This document shows, piece by piece, positions 1-9,576 of a DNA stretch of 64,000 bases. Position 1 is the first letter of the stretch, and each line of letters begins with the position of its first letter. The DNA comes from Candidatus Babeliales bacterium (GTDB lineage Bacteria; Babelota; Babeliae; Babelales; JANWKD01). Location: assembly GCA_963762115.1 (NCBI GenBank), contig CAVXJH010000003.1:64001-128000 (forward strand), in the 5' to 3' direction. Made by a program: the position numbers and the translations under genes. The notes under the pieces are model-generated. The model saw only the letters and a list, made by a program, of their open reading frames with translations. It ran no database searches and was not told where the DNA came from.

Positions 1-1209
1 GAAAATCCTAATGTCTTTAAAGAACTAATACATAAAAAAGAACCTGCTTTTGATGTTGATTCATTAATTAAATTTGATCAAGAATTGCGTTCGCTTACCC
101 TGGAAATTGAAACATTACGTCATAAAAAAAATGAACTTGCTCAACAAGGAAAATCGGGTATTACTGAGGCTCTTAGATCTGAGGCAATTGCTCTTTCTGC
201 TACGTTAAAAAATCGTGAAGAGCAGCTTGAAATTAAACAAAAAAATTTCCAGACGCTTTATTTAAGTTGTCCCAATATACCTTTGCCAGAATTACCCGAA
301 GGTGGTAAAGAGGCAAATCAAGTTGTTAAAGAATTTGGTGAAAAGCCAACATTTACTTTTCCTATTAAAAATCATTTGGAATTGGGTACTGCATTAGGGT
401 GGTTTGATTTTCAGACTGCGGCAACGATGACCGGTACCAATTTTGTTTTTTATAAAGATGAAGCAGTAAAATTAATATATGCTCTTAAGATGTTTATGCT
501 TAAACATAATGCGGCGCACGGTTATTCCTACATTTTACCGCCCTATTTAGTGAATGAAAAAAGTTTGGAGATTGCGAGTAATTTTCCAAAGTTTAAAGAC
601 GATGTGTATGCAACCAATGATAATTTATATTTAATTCCGACAGCAGAAGTTAATTTAGCAAATATGTATCGTGATAGAATTTTTTCGCTTGAAGAATTAC
701 CCATTCGCATGACAGCGGCAACAAGTTGTTTCAGAAGAGAAGCAGGTGGTTATGGTGCTAATGAACGTGGCTTGCTGCGCATTCATCAATTTGAAAAAGT
801 TGAGTTATTTACCTATTGTTTACCGGATGAATCTGAGAGTGAATTAAATCGTATGGTAAGTTGCGCAGAAGGAATTTTGCGTGCATTGGGTCTTCATTAT
901 CGTGTAACATTATTAGCTGCACAAGATTGTTCATTTCCCTCGGCAAAGACCTATGATATTGAAGTGTGGCTTCCAGGACAAAATCGTTATATGGAAGTTT
1001 CTTCATGCAGTATGTGTACAACGTTCCAAGCCCGTCGTGGTGGAATGCGTTATCGCTCATCTGCTGCAAGCAAAACCAACTATGTGCACACGTTGAATGG
1101 TTCTTCACTTGCGCAACCTCGTCTCATTGCCGCGCTTATGGAAACATATCAACAGCTTGATGGATCGATTGAATTACCAAAAATATTGAAAGAATATGGT
1201 CTCTATTAA
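1..1209 (+). CDS. serS: Seryl-tRNA synthetase (5' end lies before the window)
   Basis: Frame is open from base 1; class II aaRS motifs LIPTAEV, FRREAG, GLLRIHQFEKVE, EVSSCS, HTLNGS; N-terminal coiled coil. Confidence 0.97.
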   Translation, partial: ENPNVFKELIHKKEPAFDVDSLIKFDQELRSLTLEIETLRHKKNELAQQGKSGITEALRSEAIALSATLKNREEQLEIKQKNFQTLYLSCPNIPLPELPEGGKEANQVVKEFGEKPTFTFPIKNHLELGTALGWFDFQTAATMTGTNFVFYKDEAVKLIYALKMFMLKHNAAHGYSYILPPYLVNEKSLEIASNFPKFKDDVYATNDNLYLIPTAEVNLANMYRDRIFSLEELPIRMTAATSCFRREAGGYGANERGLLRIHQFEKVELFTYCLPDESESELNRMVSCAEGILRALGLHYRVTLLAAQDCSFPSAKTYDIEVWLPGQNRYMEVSSCSMCTTFQARRGGMRYRSSAASKTNYVHTLNGSSLAQPRLIAALMETYQQLDGSIELPKILKEYGLY

Positions 1210-2092
1210 TGCTAAGACTGGTACTATGATTTCAAAAGAAATTCAAAAAAAGATAAAACTGTTGCAATTGCATACAAAACGCATTATGAATAGTTTTTTT
1301 GTAGGTGATTACCGTTCAAAGCAAAAAGGCTATGGTATGGATTTCGATCAAATTCGTGATTATCACGTTGGTGATGATGTTAGATTTATTGATTGGAAAA
1401 GTAGTGCTCGCATGAACAAAATGTTAGTTAAACAATATATTCATGAGCATTCAAAAACAATTATGTTGATGGTTGATGTTTCTGCATCAAGTTTGTTTGG
1501 TTCAACAGAACAAATAAAACGTGAAACTATTGCACAAGTCGCCACAATTCTTTCTTTGGCCGCACAACATGATAAAGCACGAATCGGATTAATTCTGTTT
1601 TCAGAAGAAATTGAATATTATTTGCCCCCAAAAACTGGTACTCAGCATACTCAAGTGGTAATAGATACTTTATGGAATTTTAAGCCTTTAAAAAAAGGAA
1701 CTGATATTAATAAGGCATGCGCATTTTTGAGTAAAATTATTCGATCTGATGCTTTAGTATGTATACTATCAGATTTTATTGGTACTTATGATCAAGTTGC
1801 ATTGACCTGCGTTGCAAAAAAATTTGATACGGTCATTATTCGTTGTTGCGATAGATATGAGAAAAAATTGCCCACAATTGGCTTTTTAAATCTAATTGAT
1901 AGCGAGACGGGACAAAAAATAATTGTTGATGTTCGTTCAAAAAGTAGTAATGGCTATGAGAAACTTTTTCAAGATCGAATAACGCAGCAAAATAATGACT
2001 TTAAAAAAAATGGTATTGATTATATTGATATTGATAATAACGATCAATATGTAGATTCACTTATTTTGTTTTTTGTACGTCGTTTACACTAG
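1196..2092 (+). CDS. DUF58 family vWA-like protein (MoxR/Bat-associated); alternative ATG at 1226
   Basis: G.G.DF..IRDY..GDDVR.IDWK.SAR motif, DVSAS MIDAS-like motif, ILSDF. Confidence 0.9.
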   Translation: MVSINAKTGTMISKEIQKKIKLLQLHTKRIMNSFFVGDYRSKQKGYGMDFDQIRDYHVGDDVRFIDWKSSARMNKMLVKQYIHEHSKTIMLMVDVSASSLFGSTEQIKRETIAQVATILSLAAQHDKARIGLILFSEEIEYYLPPKTGTQHTQVVIDTLWNFKPLKKGTDINKACAFLSKIIRSDALVCILSDFIGTYDQVALTCVAKKFDTVIIRCCDRYEKKLPTIGFLNLIDSETGQKIIVDVRSKSSNGYEKLFQDRITQQNNDFKKNGIDYIDIDNNDQYVDSLILFFVRRLH

Positions 2093-2105
2093 TAAGGTCG
2101 TTAGT

Positions 2106-2606
2106 ATGGATTCTATTGAAATATATGATATTTACGATATGTGGTACACACCATCTTGGTGGGAGAAAAAAGCCACGTTGCTTGTTATTGCTCTTATTTT
2201 TTGTGGATTGTGTTTGTTGTTTTTATATTATTTCTTAAAAAAAAGAAATGCACAAAAAAAAGAAACTGCTGCACAAAAGGCATTGCAGCGGATTGCGTTT
2301 TTGGAAAAGCAAAAAAATACTCTTTCGCATCAAGTTTTGTATGCGATGCTCACTACCCTTATAAAAGAATTTCTTTGTCATCACTATGGCAAACAGTTTG
2401 CCACTCAAACTGATAATGAGCTTCTTACTTCTCTTTCTTATAAGGGCGAAGAATTGCCAGAAGGCGTTATGCAAGACATAATTTTCATCTTTAAGGGAGT
2501 AGAAATGATTAAATTTGCAAATCAGCAGGCCCTTATAACAAAACGTGATGAAGATTTAATGCGTAGCAAGCATATCATTGAAAAAATAAATTTTAAAATT
2601 CTTTAA
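2106..2606 (+). CDS. Single-TM Bat-operon-type protein (DUF4381-like)
   Basis: N-terminal DI...WW then TM helix, A.QKAL..I..L and T..ELL pattern; directly follows DUF58. Confidence 0.55.
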   Translation: MDSIEIYDIYDMWYTPSWWEKKATLLVIALIFCGLCLLFLYYFLKKRNAQKKETAAQKALQRIAFLEKQKNTLSHQVLYAMLTTLIKEFLCHHYGKQFATQTDNELLTSLSYKGEELPEGVMQDIIFIFKGVEMIKFANQQALITKRDEDLMRSKHIIEKINFKIL

Positions 2607-2863
2607 ATGTCGATTCAGTCGATTTAAAGAAGTGTTTTACATGCCCGGGGCTCTTGACAGCCCTGTTACACTAAATACACAGTTTATTTTTCTTAATGCA
2701 AAATAAATAAAAAGTATTTTCAGAACTATGTTTTTTGATAGAAAGCGCTTAAGGGGGAGACGGGGGGAAAAAATAAAGACTATCAAAGGTTGTTTTAATG
2801 GAAAAGAGCAAAAATATACAATTTCTTATATGATTATTTTTTTAAAGATTTAAGGGAACAATA

Positions 2864-3322
2864 ATGTCAAAACATGTAGGTGTAAAACTTCCGGATGATT
2901 TAATTGCGGTTTTAAAAAAAGCCCCTGTAGGTATTTTGGCAACCTTTTCTGAAAAGGGATTGCCACATACAACGCCGATTCATTGCGTATACCCAAAAGG
3001 ATTGGAAAGTATTTTAATTTCAATACACAAAGAGCATACAGGATACCATAATATGGTATGGCAAAAAAAAGTTATGCTTTGTTTCTTGGAAGAAAATAAT
3101 GTTGCTTATAGTGTTTTGGGCCGTGCCGGTGTTGTAAGAGCGCCTTCGCTTGTTCACCCATTGATGAATGTTGTGCGCATTGATATTATCGACATTAAAA
3201 GTGATAGATCAATTTTAACTCGTGTAGATAAAGGTGTGCAGTGGAGCTATGCATCAAGCGAAGCGGAAGAGCTCTCAAAAAATCTCTTAAGTGAATTAAA
3301 GGAATTGGCAAGGACTCTTTAG
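2864..3322 (+). CDS. Pyridoxamine 5'-phosphate oxidase-like FMN-binding split-barrel protein
   Basis: GILATFSEKGLPHTTPI resembles the LAT...G.P motif; RBS AAGGGA. Confidence 0.7.
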   Translation: MSKHVGVKLPDDLIAVLKKAPVGILATFSEKGLPHTTPIHCVYPKGLESILISIHKEHTGYHNMVWQKKVMLCFLEENNVAYSVLGRAGVVRAPSLVHPLMNVVRIDIIDIKSDRSILTRVDKGVQWSYASSEAEELSKNLLSELKELARTL

Positions 3323-3341
3323 CCTTTTTTAAAAAATAAGG

Positions 3342-4814
3342 ATGTATCAAATGAATCAATTTATGAAATTTAGTGTACTAGTCCCTCTGTTTTTTGCTTC
3401 TAGCGTAGGTGCGCAAGACGCAACAGTAAAAATTAACGCAGAAGTCCCAGCAGTAGGTCAACCTACTCCTGGGCCGGTTACAAAACCAGTTGAAGAAGAG
3501 AAAAAAGTTGATCAGGCAACGGTTACGAAGGTCCAAGAAGACAACAAAGCCGAAGCGAAAAAAAAGGTTGATCAAGGTAATGATGCTGCGCAAAAGGTAG
3601 ATCAAACAAAAGAAGAAGCTAAGAAATCCGAAGAAGCTAAAAAGTCTGAAGAAGCTAAAAAATTAGAAGAAGAAAAAAAGAAATCTGAGGAAGAGAAAAA
3701 ATCTGTAGAACAGAAAAAAATTGCTCAAGAAAAAGCAGAATCTGATAAACAAGCTTTGGCAAAACAAGATACAGAAAAAAAAGTTATTTCAGAGCAGCAA
3801 GAAAAAAAAGTTATTGTTGCAAAACAAAAGATACAAGGTGAAGGCATTGATACTTTAGAATTAGAAGGTGGCAATTGGCTTTTAAAACGACAAGCCCTTG
3901 AAAAGACGGTAGATATTATTGAACAAATAAATGGTTATTTTACTAAAGTTTTAGAAGCAAGAATCGATTTTTTGGTTAAGCGTAATAAAATAGATCGTGA
4001 TTTTGACGCTTTTATTAATAAAATTGGTTTTGAGATGGGTGATTTATCAAGATTGCTCAATAATTTGACCGAAGAACTTGAAACTGAACGAAAAGCTATC
4101 GGAGATTTAACAGAGGAAGAACGATCGGCTTTAACAGAGTTAGATGCAAAAATAAAAGAAATTAAGCAATTGCAAGAAGAGACAATAAAAGCAACAGATC
4201 TAGCAAATTCTCTTGATGATGTCATTATGCAAGTTGAACAAGAAGTTACTATTGCCAATACCTATCAGGCAAATGCTTGGAAAAACTTTCAAGCCATCAA
4301 AAAAGTGCTTAATGATGAAAAAGCTGAAGAATTATATCTTGAAACCCAAGGCCTGCTAAAAAACATACAAGCTGTTGACGCTTATTTAAAAGAAAAATTG
4401 CAAGATTATTTCAATGGTATTATTCGTAATATAAAGCAGGAAATGTCTAAAATTGAAAGTTCAATGCAAGCGTTAGCAGATAAAGGTGTTAATTTTAAAG
4501 AAGAAGTTGAACGGTTCTTAGATGCTGATAAAAAAAGAGTTGAAAAAAACACGGTGAAAAATGTTGAAGAAGATAAAAGTGTTGAAGCATTGAAAAAAAC
4601 AAAAAAAGCATTAGAAAAAAAAGCGACCCAAAAAGCAGGATGGCTTGATTGGTTTATTGGTCTTTGGGATTATCCAATGAGTTTTTTCAGTAGTATTTGG
4701 CAATACAGCATGAGTTTTTTTGGTGAAAAAACTGATACTCTTGTTGCTAAACGAGCAAGCGTGAAGAAAATTGAAGATAAAACTTCAACGCCAAAACCAG
4801 TTGCAGTGAACTAA
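3342..4814 (+). CDS. Secreted coiled-coil protein with EEAKKS-type repeats
   Basis: Signal peptide (...SSVGA|QD), K/E-rich repeat region, long heptad region, amphipathic W/F-rich segment near the C-terminus. Confidence 0.75.
   Translation: MYQMNQFMKFSVLVPLFFASSVGAQDATVKINAEVPAVGQPTPGPVTKPVEEEKKVDQATVTKVQEDNKAEAKKKVDQGNDAAQKVDQTKEEAKKSEEAKKSEEAKKLEEEKKKSEEEKKSVEQKKIAQEKAESDKQALAKQDTEKKVISEQQEKKVIVAKQKIQGEGIDTLELEGGNWLLKRQALEKTVDIIEQINGYFTKVLEARIDFLVKRNKIDRDFDAFINKIGFEMGDLSRLLNNLTEELETERKAIGDLTEEERSALTELDAKIKEIKQLQEETIKATDLANSLDDVIMQVEQEVTIANTYQANAWKNFQAIKKVLNDEKAEELYLETQGLLKNIQAVDAYLKEKLQDYFNGIIRNIKQEMSKIESSMQALADKGVNFKEEVERFLDADKKRVEKNTVKNVEEDKSVEALKKTKKALEKKATQKAGWLDWFIGLWDYPMSFFSSIWQYSMSFFGEKTDTLVAKRASVKKIEDKTSTPKPVAVN
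3612..3704 (+). repeat. Imperfect in-frame 18-21 nt tandem repeats (EEAKKS/EEEKKS)
   Basis: gaagaagctaagaaatcc / gaagaagctaaaaagtct / gaagaagctaaaaaatta / ... Confidence 0.8.
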
Positions 4815-4884
4815 AGTTTGATAATCTCTTTCAAATGCAGTACATTAAGAGCATTAAAATTTTTTGCAATAGAGATAGAAAGCA

Positions 4885-4971
4885 GCGGAAGTGGTGAAAT
4901 TGGCAGACACGCAGCTTTGAGGGGGCTGTGGGAGAAATCCTGTAGGGGTTCGAGTCCCCTCTTCCGCACCA
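4885..4971 (+). tRNA. tRNA-Leu(GAG)
   Basis: GCGGAAG/CTTCCGC acceptor stem, anticodon arm CAGCT-TTGAGGG-GGCTG, long variable arm, GGTTCGAGTCC, encoded CCA. Confidence 0.97.
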
Positions 4972-5094
4972 GCTTTCGCCAAGGCTTCAGCTGGCAGGCC
5001 ATTTTTTTTAAATGACTTATGATAAGAAAATGTCTGCGAAAGCTGTCCGCCGTAGCTTGCCAAGCTGGTAAGCGTGGATAAGCGAAGGCTGGAC
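4972..5094 (+). repeat. tRNA-trailing structured element, copy 1
   Basis: Homologous to 6867-6990; starts immediately after CCA; several stems. Confidence 0.85.
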
Positions 5095-5183
5095 TATTTT
5101 GCCAACGCTTCGTATTGTAGGTCTGAATTGAAAATTGAAATAAGAGTAGAATTGATTCAAGCATTGTTAGAAGGAAATATCGT

Positions 5184-6764
5184 ATGAATTCATCTTTGCG
5201 TACGTTTTTGCGTTCAAGTTTTATTATGTGGGTTGCATTATTTGTTGCAGGTTTTTTCTATTTGTTTACCTTTGAAGGATTTGTTCCTCATTTACGTAAA
5301 GATCGCATTAAATTTGGTATAGATCTTGTGGGTGGAACTTATATTACTTTGGGTGTTCAAGTTGATAAAGCTCTTGAGATCGATTTGAATGACAAAATTA
5401 TTTTATTAAACAAAAGTCTTTTAAAAGAAAATTTGGCTATACCTTTGTCACATTCAATTACCGGTAACAATGCTTCGTTAACGTTTGAAAGTTATGAACA
5501 AGCAAAAGCTGCAGAAGAAATTTTAAAAAGAGAACAAGAAATAGTTTCATCAGTTGATGGCACAAAGCTTTCAATGCACTTTAGAGATTCTTATGCAAAT
5601 AAGCTTCGTGATGCAGCTGTTGCAGGAAATATCGAAGTGTTAAGAACACGTTTGGATGGTTTGGGTGTTGGTGAAATTCCTATTGCCGCACAAGGTGAAA
5701 AAAGTATCATTATTGAATTGCCAAATGTTGATGATCCTCAAAAAGCGAAAGCAATGATAGGAAAACCAGCGTTATTAGAAATTAAATTGATTGAGCGTAT
5801 TGGCAGCAGTCCTGAAGAAGTTTTAGATGCTTACGACGGAGAATTACCTGATGGTATGATTATTATTCCTGGTAAATCGCGTAGCTTAGAGGGTGCAAAG
5901 AGATATTATCTAGTGCCAGCATTTACTGATTTAACAGGTCGTTTACTCAAAAATTCCTACGCAGGTTTTGGTGGAACGATGAATTCAGAGCCTGTTGTTC
6001 ATTTTGAATTTAATCCAGAGGGTGGTCAAAAGTTTAATGAACTAACGCGTAAAAACTATAATCGTCAACTTGCGGTGATTATTGATGGTGTTGTTATTTC
6101 TGATCCTCGTGTCAATGAGCCAATTGGTGCACAAGGTATTATTCATGGTAACTTTACTTTAGAAACCGCTTCTGAACTTGCTTCAATGTTGAAATCGGGA
6201 GCTTTTGTGGCGCCGGTTACTTTTGAAGAAGAACGTCAGATTGGTCCATCTTTAGGACAAGAATCAATTCGTCAAGGGTTACTTGCTTGTTTGGTTGGAT
6301 TGCTTTTATTATTTGTCTTTAGCGTGATCATGTATAAGCTTGCCGGTGTTTTTGCTGTCATGGCATTGGTGTTTAACTTGTTGCTCATTTTGATTGTTCT
6401 TGGCGCTTTGCAAGCAACATTAACCTTACCGGGTATTGCTGGTATGGTGTTAACGATTGGTATGGCAATTGATGCTTCGATCTTAATATTTGAAAAAATG
6501 CGCGAAGAATTAGCTACAGGAATGCCACTTGGGAAATCTATAAATTCTAGTTTTTCTGATGCAATGGAAGTAATTTTAGATTCCAACATTACAACATTTA
6601 TTGTTGGTATTGTGTTATATAAATTTGGTGCAGGTCCAATTCAAGGTTTTGCGTTGACATTGATGGTTGGTATTGTTGCAACATTAATTAGTGGATTGTT
6701 TTTTTTACGTTCCATTTTTTCCTTTTATGTGTATACTTTAGGTATGCAAAAGTTAAAAATTTAG
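5184..6764 (+). CDS. secD: Protein translocase subunit SecD
   Basis: GIDLVGG, R.R.D.LGV.E, IGPSLGQESI, TLTLPGIAG.VLTIGMAIDA, GPIQGFA. Confidence 0.97.
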   Translation: MNSSLRTFLRSSFIMWVALFVAGFFYLFTFEGFVPHLRKDRIKFGIDLVGGTYITLGVQVDKALEIDLNDKIILLNKSLLKENLAIPLSHSITGNNASLTFESYEQAKAAEEILKREQEIVSSVDGTKLSMHFRDSYANKLRDAAVAGNIEVLRTRLDGLGVGEIPIAAQGEKSIIIELPNVDDPQKAKAMIGKPALLEIKLIERIGSSPEEVLDAYDGELPDGMIIIPGKSRSLEGAKRYYLVPAFTDLTGRLLKNSYAGFGGTMNSEPVVHFEFNPEGGQKFNELTRKNYNRQLAVIIDGVVISDPRVNEPIGAQGIIHGNFTLETASELASMLKSGAFVAPVTFEEERQIGPSLGQESIRQGLLACLVGLLLLFVFSVIMYKLAGVFAVMALVFNLLLILIVLGALQATLTLPGIAGMVLTIGMAIDASILIFEKMREELATGMPLGKSINSSFSDAMEVILDSNITTFIVGIVLYKFGAGPIQGFALTLMVGIVATLISGLFFLRSIFSFYVYTLGMQKLKI

Positions 6765-6789
6765 GTAAACTTTCTTTAATAGAGATAAA

Positions 6790-6866
6790 GGCGACGTAGC
6801 TCAGCTGGTTAGAGCGGCGGAATCATAATCCGTAGGTCCGGGGTTCGAGTCCCTGCGTCGCCACCA
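6790..6866 (+). tRNA. tRNA-Met(CAT), probably elongator (Ile2 not excluded)
   Basis: GGCGACG/CGTCGCC acceptor stem with G1-C72 pair, anticodon arm GCGGA-ATCATAA-TCCGT, T-loop GTTCGAG, encoded CCA. Confidence 0.95.
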
Positions 6867-6990
6867 ACCTACGCCAAGGCTTCGGCTGGCAGGCCAATTC
6901 TTTAAATGAATTTGTTATAACTAGAAAATTGACGTAGGTTGTCCGCCGTAGTTTGCCAAGCCGGAAGGCATGGATAAACGAAGGCTGGAC
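6867..6990 (+). repeat. tRNA-trailing structured element, copy 2
   Basis: Homologous to 4972-5094 with compensatory substitutions. Confidence 0.85.
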
Positions 6991-7032
6991 CGGCTAGCGC
7001 CATATTTCGCAATCTTTAATAGAAAAAGAAGC

Positions 7033-7596
7033 ATGAAGATTCACGATTTCAATATTCCAACATATCTTACCTTATTCCGTTTAGTGGTTTCTCCTTTATG
7101 TTTACCATTTCTGTTGATGTATGTTTTACCGTACAATAATATATACACAACGTATTGCGTTGCTTTATTTTTTGTTTTCTTAAGTTTTACTGATTTTCTT
7201 GATGGTTATTTAGCACGTAAATATCATCAAGAAACAGTTCTTGGGCGTGCTCTTGATCCTATTGCGGATAAATTTCTTCTTTTTTCAGCGTTAATTACTT
7301 TAGTTGCTACTCATAAAATTTATTTTTATTGGGCGATTATTTTTATTGGACGTGAATTTTTTATTATGGGATTACGCATTGTAGCATTAGAGAATGCTCT
7401 TAATGTGCATGTTTCTTGGTTGGGTAAATTAAAAACAATTGCGCAGATTATATATATAACGATGGTCATTCTTGATTCATCATATAGTTCACTTGCCTTA
7501 AGTGCAGCATTATTTCTATCACTTATTTCTGCTTATTTTTATTATGAATCTTTTATGAAACAATTTGCGCAGAAAAAATTTCATTCTGTTAGTTGA
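7033..7596 (+). CDS. pgsA: CDP-diacylglycerol--glycerol-3-phosphate 3-phosphatidyltransferase
   Basis: TDFLDGYLAR...LG..LDPIADK CDP-alcohol phosphatidyltransferase motif; the track start at 6970 lies inside the repeat element. Confidence 0.93.
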   Translation: MKIHDFNIPTYLTLFRLVVSPLCLPFLLMYVLPYNNIYTTYCVALFFVFLSFTDFLDGYLARKYHQETVLGRALDPIADKFLLFSALITLVATHKIYFYWAIIFIGREFFIMGLRIVALENALNVHVSWLGKLKTIAQIIYITMVILDSSYSSLALSAALFLSLISAYFYYESFMKQFAQKKFHSVS

Positions 7597-7611
7597 AATT
7601 TTTTCTGCGCA
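7566..7611. terminator. Bidirectional intrinsic terminator between convergent genes
   Basis: 18-bp perfect inverted repeat tgcgcagaaaaaatttca/tgaaattttttctgcgca followed by a T-run. Confidence 0.8.
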
Positions 7612-7617
7612 TTTTTT

Positions 7618-8103
7618 TTATTTTGTTTTTAATTCTTGTTCTTTTATGCCAAAACAATCATGTAATTTTTTCCAGATCGTTGTATATTCATTTTTCATTA
7701 TGCGACTTGCAAATAAATCGCATTGATGCTTAAATCCAAAGCTGCCAGCAGTTATACCTGCTAAGCTCGTTGCCACAAGAATAGGATCAGTTGTTGCTGC
7801 CAATAATGCAGTTGAAGCTGGGAGCATCCACCAAGCTGTTTTTCTAAAAGAGCTATTTTCAGTGGTTTTTATTATAGCATCATTTTGTTTTATTTTTGTT
7901 TGTACAGGTTCTAAGGCTTGTTTTTTTTCATTTTTAGTGAATAATTTACATAATGAGACGTGGCTGTACCGTTTTGTTAGATCAAAAAATGTGGCATAAT
8001 TTTGTGATTCAAGAAGTGGCATGAGTCGTTGTTTGAAGCTTTTCATACCAAAAGCTTGGTGCGTGCCGGCTAAAAGTAATAAGAGTATACATAGTTTTTT
8101 CAT
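7618..8103 (-). CDS. Secreted/membrane hypothetical protein, paralog of 8117-8635
   Basis: Signal peptide ...AFG|MK, LPASTALL..T.DP hydrophobic hairpin, C-terminal KEQELKTK shared with its neighbour. Confidence 0.8.
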   Translation of the reverse strand: MKKLCILLLLLAGTHQAFGMKSFKQRLMPLLESQNYATFFDLTKRYSHVSLCKLFTKNEKKQALEPVQTKIKQNDAIIKTTENSSFRKTAWWMLPASTALLAATTDPILVATSLAGITAGSFGFKHQCDLFASRIMKNEYTTIWKKLHDCFGIKEQELKTK

Positions 8104-8116
8104 GGTTTTTTCTCAA

Positions 8117-8635
8117 TTATTTTGTTTTTAATTCTTGTTCTTTTTTCTCTTCTTTGCTGCAGAATATTTCGTTAAACTTTTCAGCGTGTTTAACTAATGA
8201 TTTGTACTTCATTTTATTTATCCAATAATCACAATGCTTTTTTAAGCCAAGACTACCAAGTGTTAATCCTGTTACTCCTAGACCCAAAAGCACTGGATCT
8301 TGCGTTGTTGTTAAAAGTGCGGTTGAAGCAGGCAGTATTAAACCAAAATTTTCTCTGAGTGGGTTTAACATGTCTTTAGTTATTTCTTCATTTGTTGTAT
8401 ATATTTCTGATTCTAGTTGTTGACCGAATATAGTTATTTCTTTGGAATTAAATAAATTTTTTCCTATGTCTTTGCATGATTCTGCTAAAGTAAGTGCTTC
8501 ACCATAGTTTTTTCTTGTAAAAAACTTAGTGAACATTGCTTTGGCAGGATTTATAGGAAAGCGTAAGGCACGCTTCATGCCAAAAGTTTGTTGTGAACCA
8601 ACTAAAAGTAATAAGAGTATAAAAATTTTCTTCAT
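8117..8635 (-). CDS. Secreted/membrane hypothetical protein, paralog of 7618-8103
   Basis: GGAGG RBS before ATG at 8635; same motifs as its neighbour. Confidence 0.8.
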   Translation of the reverse strand: MKKIFILLLLLVGSQQTFGMKRALRFPINPAKAMFTKFFTRKNYGEALTLAESCKDIGKNLFNSKEITIFGQQLESEIYTTNEEITKDMLNPLRENFGLILPASTALLTTTQDPVLLGLGVTGLTLGSLGLKKHCDYWINKMKYKSLVKHAEKFNEIFCSKEEKKEQELKTK

Positions 8636-8842
8636 AAGTATTGTTCCTCCATCTTTTGATACTTTGAATAGTAATAAATAAGTTGTTATGCAATACATGC
8701 ATACTAGTAATTATAATAAATAAATAACATAAGTCAAATTTTATAAAAATTTACAAATAGAAAAGATGTGTTTTGCTTTGTGCAGAGATTAATAGGCTTT
8801 TTTTATTGATTAATTAGCTACATCAAAGGGGAAAGTGTGACG

Positions 8843-9412
8843 TTATATTTGCCGTCTTTGTAAATTTCTTATGAAATCTCTTCGTGTAGGGTTTTCTGCC
8901 TTGGTGGTTCCTAGGTAAAAAGCTGCAGAATAGAGATCATTATTGGTCCACCAACTGCCCAAAATGCAATTTTTTCTCTGTTTTGTACTGAGATAGACTG
9001 AGATTTCAGTCACATTTTGTAGGGTTAAGCCATGTTTTTTGCAAAGCTCTTGTAAGATTATTGCTAGTTTTTGTTGATCGTAGGGGTGTGATCTGCCTCC
9101 AAAATAGCCACTTCTGCTATTTTCAAGTTGCAGATAGGTAGTTGTGCCGTCCTCTGTAACGATCTTGATGTGATCAAGGTGTTTCCTTCTTTTTAATTCT
9201 TCTGCTTTAGCTCGTTTTTTGGATTTTTTACTTCTTTCAAGGCGTGCAATCCGTTTATTTTTTTGTTCAATAATTCTTTTTTTTAAGGAGGCTAGGAACA
9301 ATGCCTCTTGGGCTGGAGCGGCATTTTTAAGGCTTTTGAGGGCATGAGTAGGGATAAAAATCGTGATTGTTATAATGAGTAGAAATAGAGTGTTTTTTAG
9401 TACAATGTTCAT
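8843..9412 (-). CDS. Hypothetical secreted basic protein
   Basis: Signal peptide (..PTHA|), K/R-rich segment. Confidence 0.65.
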   Translation of the reverse strand: MNIVLKNTLFLLIITITIFIPTHALKSLKNAAPAQEALFLASLKKRIIEQKNKRIARLERSKKSKKRAKAEELKRRKHLDHIKIVTEDGTTTYLQLENSRSGYFGGRSHPYDQQKLAIILQELCKKHGLTLQNVTEISVYLSTKQRKNCILGSWWTNNDLYSAAFYLGTTKAENPTRRDFIRNLQRRQI

Positions 9413-9576
9413 AAGTATCCGTTTTTTTAAGGTTGTTTTTTTTAAAATAGCAAAATGAGAGAAAATAATAAAATATGAAGGGTATTCAAGTTTTATAGTC
9501 TATTTTGGTGTTAATTGTAAGAAGGCTAAATTTATATATACTAATATAAGTAAACTATATTAAAAATACTGTATTT

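Noticed and set aside
2640..2770. GGGCT/AGCCC hairpin around TTGACA and the G-rich tract gggggagacgggggg
   Set aside because: Conspicuous in AT-rich DNA, but only two G-runs and no recognisable ncRNA fold or well-spaced -10 box; insufficient support.
4811..5164. Track ORFs 4811-5164(-), 4818-5015(+), 4854-5063(-)
   Set aside because: Shadows of tRNA-Leu and the GC-rich trailing element; no coding features.
6970..7032. N-terminal extension of pgsA in the ORF track
   Set aside because: It starts inside the tRNA-trailing repeat; recognisable PgsA sequence begins near ATG 7033.
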